A stretch of DNA of 63,833 nt from Candidatus Kaiserbacteria bacterium (GTDB lineage Bacteria; Patescibacteriota; Minisyncoccia; Phycocordibacterales; UBA2100): NCBI GenBank assembly GCA_021413775.1, contig JAIOPS010000026.1, positions 1-63,833 on the forward strand, in the 5' to 3' direction. The position numbers and the translations under genes are program-made. The first letter of the stretch is position 1, and each line of letters starts with the position of its first letter. The notes below the pieces were generated by a model. That model searched no databases and was not told where the DNA came from. It worked only from the letters and a program-made list of their open reading frames with translations. This document shows, piece after piece, positions 17,148-24,894 of the stretch.

Positions 17148-17852
17148 ATGGAACCGACAGTAAACATACGCACAGCGCGCTGGGGCAGCTACATCGTTGC
17201 TTTTCTCATCACGGCGCTCATCTTTGCGACGGCTTTGTACGCGTCCAACTATTTCAACTCCCGACGCGCCGCCGAAATCAAAGCGACGCAGGACAATATC
17301 TCCGTCGACATTCTTTCAACAGAGACACAATTTGAGCTTCTCGCGGAACACTCTTGCGCGGACATCGAAGAGAATTCCGTCCTCTCGAGCGAAATTCAGC
17401 CGCTCGCATCGCGTCTTTCGTACCTCGAGCTGCAACCGAACGTCGATCCGAGTGAACTGATTCGCCTGAAGAGGTACTACTCTTTGCTCGAAATCAAGGA
17501 CTACCTCCTCATGCAGCAGGTCGCATCGAAATGCCACCTCAAGCCCGTTTTCATCCTGTACTTCTACTCCAACAAAGGCGATTGCCCCGACTGCGAAAAC
17601 CAGGGCTACGCGCTCACGGGTCTCGCTCAGAAGTATCCGGGACTTCGTATCTATTCATTCGACTACAACCTTGACCTCTCGGCGCTCCAAACACTCATCG
17701 ATATCAACAACGTAAAGTCGGACCTGCCTGCCCTCGTCATCAAGAACAAAGTGTATTACGGGCTTCACACCATCGGCGACGTCGAGACTATCCTTCCTGA
17801 GCTCGCCAAGATGGCTACGACCACTGCCGCAACCTCAACCCGTAACCGTTAG
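17148..17852 (+). CDS. membrane-anchored thioredoxin-fold protein with CPDC motif
   Basis: N-terminal TM helix SYIVAFLITALIFATALYA. The motif FYSNKGDCPDCENQ is a CxxC in a thioredoxin-like context. Confidence 0.55.
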   Translation: MEPTVNIRTARWGSYIVAFLITALIFATALYASNYFNSRRAAEIKATQDNISVDILSTETQFELLAEHSCADIEENSVLSSEIQPLASRLSYLELQPNVDPSELIRLKRYYSLLEIKDYLLMQQVASKCHLKPVFILYFYSNKGDCPDCENQGYALTGLAQKYPGLRIYSFDYNLDLSALQTLIDINNVKSDLPALVIKNKVYYGLHTIGDVETILPELAKMATTTAATSTRNR

Positions 17853-17861
17853 CTCCCCGTC

Positions 17862-17895
17862 AAAAAACACCCCGTAGTACTCCGGGGTGTTTTTT
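17862..17895. terminator. bidirectional intrinsic terminator
   Basis: A6, stem caccccg/cggggtg, then T6. It lies between convergent genes. Confidence 0.75.
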
Positions 17896-17908
17896 GGTAG
17901 AAACGAAG

Positions 17909-18805
17909 CTACGCTTTTTTGCCGAACGAATTGAGGGGGACTTTCAAGTATGTCGTTCCGTTCGCCTCCGGTTCCGGCAGTTTCCCCGCCTGAATATTCA
18001 CCTGAATCGAGGGGATTATAAGGCGCGGCATTCCGAGTGTCGCATCACGTTCGTTGCGCTTCTTCGCGAACTCTTCGCTGCTGACCCCTTCGCGCACCTG
18101 AATATTGCCGCGCTTCTCCTCGCCGATGGTTGTCTCCCACCGGTATTCTGTGCGTCCCACAGGCAGGTAGTCATGCCCGACAAAAACTCTCGTCTCGTCG
18201 GGCAATGTGAAGAGCTTCTGGATTGACCGGTACATGTCGTCCGCACTGCCTCCCGGAAAGTCACATCGCGCAGTGCCGTAGTCCTGCATAAAGAGCGTGT
18301 CGCCGACAAACGCCGCGTCTCCGATGAGATAGGTGACATCAGCAGGCGTATGGCCCGGGGTGTGGATGACCTTTACGGCAAGTGCGCCCAGAGTAAATTC
18401 GTCTCCATCTTCGAACAGCCGGTCAAACTGCGAACCGTCACGCTGGAATTCCGTACCCGCATTGAAAACTTTGCCGAAAACATTCTGCACGGTCACGATT
18501 TCTTTGCCGATTCCGATTTTGCCGCCGAGTTCGCGCTGGATATACGGCGCCGCCGAGAGATGATCGGCATGCGCATGCGTTTCCAGGACCCACTTCGGCG
18601 TAAGGGAGTGCTCGCGTATGAACGCGATAATGCGGTCCGCGGATTCGAACGAAATCGCGGCACCGTTGGGCTCGTAATCCATGACTGAATCGATGACCGC
18701 ACATGCTTTCGTGTTCGGGTCCACGACCACGTAGCTCGCCGTGTTGGTGGCACGGTCGAAGAATGCATGTACTTCCGGATTGTTCTGCGAAGGGTGAATG
18801 TCCAT
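17909..18805 (-). CDS. MBL-fold hydrolase, persulfide dioxygenase (ETHE1/Blh)-like
   Basis: The THAHADH metal motif, IHTPGHTP, and a long C-terminal extension typical of bacterial PDO-like MBL proteins. It is adjacent to a rhodanese. Confidence 0.65.
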   Translation of the reverse strand: MDIHPSQNNPEVHAFFDRATNTASYVVVDPNTKACAVIDSVMDYEPNGAAISFESADRIIAFIREHSLTPKWVLETHAHADHLSAAPYIQRELGGKIGIGKEIVTVQNVFGKVFNAGTEFQRDGSQFDRLFEDGDEFTLGALAVKVIHTPGHTPADVTYLIGDAAFVGDTLFMQDYGTARCDFPGGSADDMYRSIQKLFTLPDETRVFVGHDYLPVGRTEYRWETTIGEEKRGNIQVREGVSSEEFAKKRNERDATLGMPRLIIPSIQVNIQAGKLPEPEANGTTYLKVPLNSFGKKA

Positions 18806-18816
18806 ACAATGTTGTT

Positions 18817-19143
18817 CTAGCGGCTGCTGAGAGGTTTTCCGGATTGCGCCCAGGCCGTAATGCCGCCCTCGACGTTCACAAGCTCTGCAGTAATGCCGAG
18901 TGCGGCGAGCTCCTGAATGGCCATGCGGCTGCGACCGCCGGAGCGACAGTGTACATAAATAGTCTGTTTTTCTTTGAACTCGCCGACGTGCTGCTGAAGC
19001 CGGTCGAGCGGGACGCTGCGTACGCCGGAAATATGCGCGGCAGCGTATTCAGCGGGCGTGCAGACGTTGATAAAGTCGACCTTCGGGTCATTCGAATGTT
19101 CTTTGAGTTCGTGTTCGAGCTCTTGTACGGTTACTGATTTCAT
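18817..19143 (-). CDS. single-domain rhodanese sulfurtransferase
   Basis: Active-site loop CRSGGRS in a 108-aa rhodanese-sized protein. Confidence 0.8.
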   Translation of the reverse strand: MKSVTVQELEHELKEHSNDPKVDFINVCTPAEYAAAHISGVRSVPLDRLQQHVGEFKEKQTIYVHCRSGGRSRMAIQELAALGITAELVNVEGGITAWAQSGKPLSSR

Positions 19144-19147
19144 ATTG

Positions 19148-19411
19148 TTATCCTTTTATGAGCGCCAGAAGATCGTGTAATTCCGCCTTGTCGGCGGATG
19201 TGAGACCGCGTTTGGAAAGAAATTTCTCCGTGAGAAAGAGCGTAATAAATGAAGTCCTGAGGCCCTCGAATGAACGGAGGCTTGAGAGAAGCGTCCTTGA
19301 AGCTTTTCCGCATTCTGCAGATTCACCGCGCGCAAGTTCCTTTTTCACGGATTCAAGCTGTCCTTGGAGGCGCCCTATGTGCTGAATCATTTTGCTGCAT
19401 GCATCATCCAT
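19148..19411 (-). CDS. CsoR/RcnR/CstR-family (DUF156-like) transcriptional repressor, divergent
   Basis: 87 aa from ATG 19411. IGRLQGQLESVKKEL...AECGKASRTLLSSLRSFEGL aligns by eye with the CsoR helical core. Only one of the usual Cys/His ligand positions is retained. Confidence 0.5.
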   Translation of the reverse strand: MDDACSKMIQHIGRLQGQLESVKKELARGESAECGKASRTLLSSLRSFEGLRTSFITLFLTEKFLSKRGLTSADKAELHDLLALIKG

Positions 19412-19439
19412 ACGTGCTTTGTAAACCGATAATATATGT

Positions 19440-19468
19440 AGTATACCCCCTACCCTATATAGAGGCAA
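19440..19468 (-). promoter_or_regulatory. promoter of CsoR-like operon with a G-tract element in the spacer (candidate operator)
   Basis: Minus strand TTGCCT (19463-19468), 17 nt spacer, TATACT (19440-19445). The spacer is CTATATAGGGTAGGGGG. Confidence 0.4.
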
Positions 19469-19515
19469 GTCGCACCTCATGTCGCGTACCCGTCCCCATG
19501 CAACCGTCCTCTCGG

Positions 19516-19588
19516 AGCCGCTTCCCGGACTCGAACCGGGGACCTTCGCTTTACAAAAGCGTTGCTCTACCAACTGAGCTAAAGCGGC
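19516..19588 (-). tRNA. tRNA-Thr (anticodon UGU)
   Basis: Hand-folded cloverleaf: acceptor GCCGCTT/AAGCGGC, D-arm GCTC-AGTTGGTA-GAGC, anticodon loop TTTGTAA, T-arm CCCGG-TTCGAGT-CCGGG, discriminator U. CCA is not fully encoded. There is one A-A mismatch at 27-43. Confidence 0.85.
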
Positions 19589-19590
19589 GT

Positions 19591-20016
19591 TCAGCTATTC
19601 TGCCCGTTACTGTCAGGAGTATCAAGTCCGTTCCCCTCGTCGGGCGCGCCGTTCTTGTAATCACTGACATTTTTGAGAAAGTCCGACTGTGTTTCGCGGC
19701 GTTCAAATCCCCTCTTGTGCGAGACGAGGTCAGCGAGCCGGTGCGACTGCCTCTCGACGGTGCGCGCGATGAATGCGGCGCCAAGTGCAGCATCGTGCAC
19801 GATGGTTCGCGTCAGAAACACCATTTCCGAAGGAAGCTTCTTGAGCTCGCCCTGAGACCATGAAATCCAGCTCTTCAGCTCGAGCGCACGGGTATCCGCG
19901 TGCTCCCGCAAGGTCGGCGCAAACACTTTCGACGTACGCACCTCCCAAGCCTTAAGAGAGAAGAGCAGGATAATCGACAGGAGCGAGAGCGCGAAGATAA
20001 GTATCGCGAAAGTCAT
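19591..20016 (-). CDS. membrane-anchored hypothetical protein (141 aa)
   Basis: N-terminal TM helix MTFAILIFALSLLSIILLF. It abuts the tsf stop. Confidence 0.55.
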   Translation of the reverse strand: MTFAILIFALSLLSIILLFSLKAWEVRTSKVFAPTLREHADTRALELKSWISWSQGELKKLPSEMVFLTRTIVHDAALGAAFIARTVERQSHRLADLVSHKRGFERRETQSDFLKNVSDYKNGAPDEGNGLDTPDSNGQNS

Positions 20017-20018
20017 GA

Positions 20019-20603
20019 TTATTTAACGGAGAGCCTCTCAAAACGGGCCACCTCGATGCGCTCACCGAATTTCTGTACGTACTGGTCTATGAGTTGGCGC
20101 ACGGTCATATCGGAATTCTTGACGAACGGCTGTTCAACGAGCACGCGCTCGGAAATGTAGCTCTCGAGCTTGCCCTGAAGCGCCTTTTCTTTCGAAGCTT
20201 CCGGCAGATTCGCGACCTCGCCCGCGAATACTTCCCGGGCGGCACGGAGATCCTCTTCCTTAATGTCGTCGCGGGAGAGAAACTGCGGATGCATCGCCGC
20301 GACATGCATGGCGATATCGTATGCGAGCTTGCCGAACTCTTCGTTGCGCGAAACGAAATCCGTCTCGCACACGAGTACGACCGCGCCCACAACGGAGCCC
20401 CCGGCGTGGATGTACGCGCTCACAATACCGGCAGCGAGTTCGCGGTCGGATTTCTTGCTCGCAGTCGCAGCTGATATTTTGCGGAGAATAACCTTCGCTT
20501 TTTCGACGTCCCCGGCCGCTTCTTCAAGAGCCTTTTTGCATTGCATGACGGAAACTCCCGTTTCCTCTCTGAGCGCCTTAATCATGTCCGTGGTGATTTC
20601 CAT
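20019..20603 (-). CDS. tsf: translation elongation factor Ts (short form)
   Basis: ATG at 20603. The N-terminus MEITTDMIKALREETGVSVMQCKKALEEAAGDVEKA is UBA-like, and CETDFVSRNEEF is present. Confidence 0.9.
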   Translation of the reverse strand: MEITTDMIKALREETGVSVMQCKKALEEAAGDVEKAKVILRKISAATASKKSDRELAAGIVSAYIHAGGSVVGAVVLVCETDFVSRNEEFGKLAYDIAMHVAAMHPQFLSRDDIKEEDLRAAREVFAGEVANLPEASKEKALQGKLESYISERVLVEQPFVKNSDMTVRQLIDQYVQKFGERIEVARFERLSVK

Positions 20604-20666
20604 AGATGACGATTGTACATTAAAAAACCTGTCGCCGCACGAGTGCGGCTTCAATAATTGCGGAAT

Positions 20667-21362
20667 TTACTTCTGCGGAGCGCGCTTCCCTTCGTTGACC
20701 GCGTTCGCGATACCTTCAGAGATGAGACGGATGGAGCGTACCGACGTGTCGTTGGCGGGAATCGGATACTGAACCATGGCAAAATCACAATCAGATGACG
20801 AAAGTCCGACGACGGGAATCTTGAGCTGGTTCGCCTCTTTCACTGCGGTTTCCTCGTGACGGGTGTCGACGATGTAGAGCGCTCCCGGGAGATCCGACAT
20901 GTTGACGAGTCCGCCGAAACGGCCGAGCAATTCTTCTATCTCACGGTCAATCATGAGACGCTCGCGCTTCGTGTACTTCTCAAGCTCACCCGATTCGCGG
21001 TCGGCCATGAGCTTCTGGAGGCGCTCGATGCGCTTCCGGATATTCTTGAAATTTGTGAGTGTGCCGCCAATCCAGCGTCCGGCCACGTACGGCGAACCTG
21101 TCTTTTCCGCGAGCTCCTTCACGATGCTGATTGCCTCGTGCTTGCCGCCGACGAACACGACCTGGCGGCCGGTCGCAACGACAGATGATACGAATGCCCG
21201 AGCGGCCTCAAGGCGCTTTTCGGTCAACTCGAGGTCGAAAATATCAGTACGGTCCTTGGTTCCGAAGAGGAACGGAGATGCGGTGGGGTGACGGCGCGCG
21301 CGGGGGTAGCCGAAATGCGCTCCCGCTTCGAACAATGTCTTAATATCGGTAACAATTGACAT
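20667..21362 (-). CDS. rpsB: 30S ribosomal protein S2
   Basis: LFEAGAHFGY, VVFVGGK, YVAGRWIGGTLTNF and PVVGLSSSDCD motifs. Confidence 0.95.
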   Translation of the reverse strand: MSIVTDIKTLFEAGAHFGYPRARRHPTASPFLFGTKDRTDIFDLELTEKRLEAARAFVSSVVATGRQVVFVGGKHEAISIVKELAEKTGSPYVAGRWIGGTLTNFKNIRKRIERLQKLMADRESGELEKYTKRERLMIDREIEELLGRFGGLVNMSDLPGALYIVDTRHEETAVKEANQLKIPVVGLSSSDCDFAMVQYPIPANDTSVRSIRLISEGIANAVNEGKRAPQK

Positions 21363-21413
21363 GATGTTTTGAAAAAATGCCGCCCGAGGGCGTGAGCCAA
21401 GAATATAGCAAAC

Positions 21414-22421
21414 TTACTCCTCATCCGCAACAGCATCCCCTCCGTCGGCCTTTGCGAGCGCTTCGAGAATGGGGCCCAGGTCGCCCGCCAGTATTTTCGG
21501 GATATTGGACCACGACTCTTTAATGCGGTGGTCGGTAATCCTGTCCTGAGGGAAGTTGTACGTACGGATTTTCTCGGACCGGTCTCCGGTGCCGACCTGC
21601 GACTTCCTGTCCGCGGCGCGCTCACGCGCCTCACGCTCATCCTGCGCCTGCTGGAGCCTGCTCATAAGGAGCATCATGGCCTTCTCTTTGTTCTGCGCCT
21701 GCGAACGCTCCGATGTGCAGCGGACGTCCATGCCCGTCGGTTTATGTACGATGCGCACGGCCGTTTCGACTTTATTCACGTTCTGGCCGCCGGCGCCTCC
21801 CGAGCGTGAGGTCTCAATAAGAAGGTCCGAAGGATTTATTTCAATCTTCGTACGCTTGTAAATCGGCAGAATCGCCACCGAGGCGGTCGACGTGTGAATG
21901 CGACCCTGCTTCTCAGTCGCGGGAACGCGCTGTACGCGGTGCACGCCCGTTTCATATTGCAGCTCGCGGTAACAATCCACACCTTTCACTTCGAACTGTG
22001 CCTCCTTAAAGCCGCCGAGAGCCGCACGCGATTCATCGAGGGATTTCCATTTCCATCCCTTATTCTCGGCATACCGCAGGTACATCGACGCGAGCTCGCC
22101 GGCGAACAGTGTCGCTTCTTCCCCGCCGACACCCGCGCGAACCTCGAGCACGATTTCATTCGGCCATTCTCGTTCGTTCGGATTTCCGATGATTGATTCC
22201 ATCTGCTTCATGAGTGCGTCTTTCTGAACCTCGATGTCCGAAAGCTCCTTCTCCGCGAGCTCCTTCATCGCAGGGTCCACCTCCATCAATTCCGTCGCAT
22301 CCTTTTCCGCCTGCGTGAGACGGTTCCACTCGACGACCAAATACGAAACCCGCGGGTCGTCCGCGTATTCCTCTGGTTTGATGACGTGTTCGGCCATATC
22401 AATAATGTAAGTGTAGCGCAC
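21414..22421 (-). CDS. prfA: peptide chain release factor 1
   Basis: GGQ motif ([20 protein letters not shown]) and a PxT-type tripeptide (RVPATE), which points to RF1. GTG start at 22421 has GGAGG 4 nt upstream. ATG 22397 is an alternative start. Confidence 0.85.
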   Translation of the reverse strand: MRYTYIIDMAEHVIKPEEYADDPRVSYLVVEWNRLTQAEKDATELMEVDPAMKELAEKELSDIEVQKDALMKQMESIIGNPNEREWPNEIVLEVRAGVGGEEATLFAGELASMYLRYAENKGWKWKSLDESRAALGGFKEAQFEVKGVDCYRELQYETGVHRVQRVPATEKQGRIHTSTASVAILPIYKRTKIEINPSDLLIETSRSGGAGGQNVNKVETAVRIVHKPTGMDVRCTSERSQAQNKEKAMMLLMSRLQQAQDEREARERAADRKSQVGTGDRSEKIRTYNFPQDRITDHRIKESWSNIPKILAGDLGPILEALAKADGGDAVADEE

Positions 22422-22430
22422 CGCACCTCC

Positions 22431-22468
22431 ACAAAGGTGACACCTCCGTACGGAGGTGTCACCTTTGT
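22431..22468. other. perfect 18+18 bp inverted repeat between rpmE and prfA
   Basis: ACAAAGGTGACACCTCCG-TA-CGGAGGTGTCACCTTTGT, with no flanking T-run. Confidence 0.9.
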
Positions 22469-22478
22469 AAGACGGGCG

Positions 22479-22748
22479 CTATTTCTTTGTCTTCTTGGGA
22501 GCCGCTGCTGCGAGGCGCTTCTTGAATTTATCGACGCGGCCGGCGGTGTCGATGACCTTGGACTGACCGGTATAGAAAGGATGTGAAGCGCTCGAGATTT
22601 CAACCTGATACACGGGATACTCTTTACCGTCCTCCCATTTATCGGTCTTTTCTGTCTCAATGGTCGAACCAATGAGAAAACGCTTCCCCGAGGTGACGTC
22701 CTCGAAGATAACGTGTCTGTAGCCTTCCGGATGCAGTTCCTTTTTCAT
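22479..22748 (-). CDS. rpmE: 50S ribosomal protein L31 (type B, no CxxC)
   Basis: [10 protein letters not shown]...[26 protein letters not shown]. Confidence 0.9.
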   Translation of the reverse strand: MKKELHPEGYRHVIFEDVTSGKRFLIGSTIETEKTDKWEDGKEYPVYQVEISSASHPFYTGQSKVIDTAGRVDKFKKRLAAAAPKKTKK

Positions 22749-22756
22749 GTCGGGCG

Positions 22757-22784
22757 ATTATACGGAAAATAGAATAAAAGACAA
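22757..22784 (-). promoter_or_regulatory. rpmE promoter with very short leader
   Basis: Minus strand TTGTCT (22779-22784), 16 nt spacer, TATAAT (22757-22762), 8 nt, then ATG (22748). Confidence 0.45.
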
Positions 22785-22788
22785 GCAC

Positions 22789-24072
22789 TCATCCTCCGAG
22801 AATATCGATTTGCGCCTGATACTTCGCTGCGAGCGCCATCACATCATCACCGTAAAAGGCATAGGCCGACTTTGTCGCATTCTTCCATCCTGCGAGATAC
22901 CGCAGCGCAGCGAGACGCTCGGCCGCTGCCGTTCCGCCGTCCGCTCCGTTATCCATCATGAGGAGTGCCGTCGCAAACGTCGCGGTACGCGGGTCCCACG
23001 GATTCGGCGGTGTCTGTCCTGTTATTTTCGCTATACGGTCTTTGTAGAGAACCCAGGTCGAGGGAATGAACTGTGCAGGTCCCATCGCACCGCCCCAGCC
23101 GTACCAGGCCTTCTTTGAGACCGGCTGCGTATCCGGATTAAGACCGAGCTCCGATGTTATTTCCGCGAAAACAGGAACATCGCGCGTCGGATGCATATCG
23201 ACCTTCCAGTTGCCTGTACCGACGTTCTGGCCGAGGTTACTTTCTTCCGCGAGAATGCCGAGTATGACGGCTGGGCGCACGCCGGTTTTGGCGGACGCTT
23301 CTTTTGCGTATGCGAGCATGTCGCCGAAGCTGGTCGAACGGTTTCCGCCGTTGAGTGCGAAGAGTGCCGCCTTTATCTGCGCTGCGGTTTGCTGCTTTGC
23401 GGCGATGATTTTCTGGTAGTTCGCCTCCTGTCCTTTCGCCGCATTCACGAGGTCCTGCTTTTCCTTTTCAGTCTGTTTCAGTGACCGCTGTTGCAGTACC
23501 TGGAGCTGCAAGAGGTCGCTCTCCTCACTCTGCTTATCCTCCAACTCCGTCTTCCGCGTCGTTAAGTCTGAGCGCGTGTTAGCCATCTGAGTAAAGGCTT
23601 CGCCGAGCGCACGCTGTACCTGTTCAAACGCATCTATGTCGTCAAAAACATCGGTAACCGAACCGTTCAGCGCAAGCTGCGCGAGCGATATATCATCTAT
23701 TTCGCGTGTGCGCCGCAATATTTGGGCGAGCGAGGCTTCTCCTGCCGCGACTTTCACGTCAACGGTATTGATACCCCTCTGCTTGTCCAAAATATCGTTC
23801 TTCAGCTGCTGAATCGTGAGGTCGCGCTGTTTAATCTTCAGTTGAGCATCTTTTATTTTTGAGTCGAGAATCGAAACATCCCGCTCAAGGCTTGTGCGCT
23901 CCCGTTGCTTCGAGGAAAGTTGCGTTTGGTTTTGCGTTATCTCCGCATTTATCTCATCGAGCTGTTTTTGCAGCGCCGCCCTTTGATTGTCGACCGCTGT
24001 ATCGGCAAAAAGAAACAGCGGCGCAAAGAGTAACGCCGCAGCAGCGGATGCGATGAGAACGTTCCTGTGCAT
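22789..24072 (-). CDS. exported coiled-coil protein with C-terminal lytic murein transglycosylase-like domain
   Basis: Signal peptide, about 230 aa of heptad-rich sequence, then ILAEESNLGQ...GAMGPAQFIPSTW, which is typical of SLT/MltB-like domains. Confidence 0.6.
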   Translation of the reverse strand: MHRNVLIASAAAALLFAPLFLFADTAVDNQRAALQKQLDEINAEITQNQTQLSSKQRERTSLERDVSILDSKIKDAQLKIKQRDLTIQQLKNDILDKQRGINTVDVKVAAGEASLAQILRRTREIDDISLAQLALNGSVTDVFDDIDAFEQVQRALGEAFTQMANTRSDLTTRKTELEDKQSEESDLLQLQVLQQRSLKQTEKEKQDLVNAAKGQEANYQKIIAAKQQTAAQIKAALFALNGGNRSTSFGDMLAYAKEASAKTGVRPAVILGILAEESNLGQNVGTGNWKVDMHPTRDVPVFAEITSELGLNPDTQPVSKKAWYGWGGAMGPAQFIPSTWVLYKDRIAKITGQTPPNPWDPRTATFATALLMMDNGADGGTAAAERLAALRYLAGWKNATKSAYAFYGDDVMALAAKYQAQIDILGG

Positions 24073-24118
24073 ACACGTTATACACTCAGTATAACCCGTC
24101 TCTTGCCGCCGCGTGAAT

Positions 24119-24146
24119 ATAAAAAAACAGGGTGATGCCCTGTTTC
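24119..24146 (-). terminator. intrinsic terminator of rplY
   Basis: Stem acaggg/ccctgt, with T7 on the minus strand. Confidence 0.7.
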
Positions 24147-24180
24147 TTCATGATTTTTTGAACGCGCAAATGCGACGAAG

Positions 24181-24825
24181 CTACTCTTTCTTCTCGCCTT
24201 CAGCCGGTGCTGCTTCGCCTTCGGCCGGAGCGGCTTCAGCGGCTGCGCCTTCGGCCGGAGCGGCCTCCTGCGCTTTCTCCTCGACGAACTCCGTCACAGA
24301 TACGAGTATCTCTTCCGGACTCGTCTTGAGCTCAGCGGATTTGGGGAGAGCGATGTCGCCTGCGAGAATATGGTCGCCGACGTTCACCAGCTTGGACAGG
24401 TCGATTTCAAAGCTATGAGGAAGCTCCGCAGGTGAGACTTCAATCTCGACCTCGTGCATCGCCTTTACGATGATGTGACCAGCTTTTTCCGCAGGAGAGA
24501 CGCCGACGAATTCGAGCGGCACGTTGATTTCAACCTTCTTGCCCTTTTCGATAACATAAAAATCAGCATGGAGGAGCTTGCCCGTGACCGGGTGTACCTG
24601 CACGTCGTGGATGAGAGTATCTTTGTCGCCGCCGGCACCCTGGAGAGTTATGAGTGTCGTTTCTCCAGCGTCGCGCCAAATCATCTCGAGCTTGCGCGCA
24701 TCGACTGAGATAGCCGTCGCCTCTTCCTTCGGACCGTAGAAGACGGCCGGCACGCGGCCGGACGCACGGACAGAATCCGTGTCTATCTTCGAGTCTCTCG
24801 GCTGGACATCAAGCATGATTGCCAT
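24181..24825 (-). CDS. rplY: 50S ribosomal protein L25/general stress protein Ctc, with Ala/Glu-rich tail
   Basis: RASGRVPAVFYGPKEE, HPVTGKLLHADF and a C-terminal AAPAEG low-complexity tail. Confidence 0.85.
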   Translation of the reverse strand: MAIMLDVQPRDSKIDTDSVRASGRVPAVFYGPKEEATAISVDARKLEMIWRDAGETTLITLQGAGGDKDTLIHDVQVHPVTGKLLHADFYVIEKGKKVEINVPLEFVGVSPAEKAGHIIVKAMHEVEIEVSPAELPHSFEIDLSKLVNVGDHILAGDIALPKSAELKTSPEEILVSVTEFVEEKAQEAAPAEGAAAEAAPAEGEAAPAEGEKKE

Positions 24826-24832
24826 GGGCGGC

Positions 24833-24860
24833 AGTATACGGATTTATCCCGTTTTTGCAA
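24833..24860 (-). promoter_or_regulatory. rplY promoter, apparently leaderless
   Basis: Minus strand TTGCAA (24855-24860), 16 nt spacer, TATACT (24833-24838), 7 nt, then ATG (24825). Confidence 0.5.
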
Positions 24861-24879
24861 TCATCCGGCTATTTCAGCG

Positions 24880-24888
24880 TGCTAAAAT
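24880..24888 (+). promoter_or_regulatory. extended -10 promoter of the PfkB-family kinase gene, apparently leaderless
   Basis: TGcTAAAAT, 6 nt, then ATG 24895. Confidence 0.45.
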
Positions 24889-24894
24889 GCCGCG

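Noticed and set aside
19442-19459. TATACCCCCTACCCTATA as a classical CsoR-type palindromic operator.
   Set aside because: The two arms form a mirror repeat, not an inverted repeat. I keep it only as a low-confidence candidate operator inside the promoter spacer.
19412-19573. N-terminal extension of the CsoR-like ORF (track ORF 19148-19573).
   Set aside because: The extension runs through the promoter and overlaps tRNA-Thr (19516-19588). ATG 19411 gives a protein of the expected size, about 87 aa.
19516-19588. tRNA-Thr as an integration site for a genomic island.
   Set aside because: There is no integrase or recombinase gene, no partial tRNA direct repeat that I could spot nearby, and the flanking genes are housekeeping.
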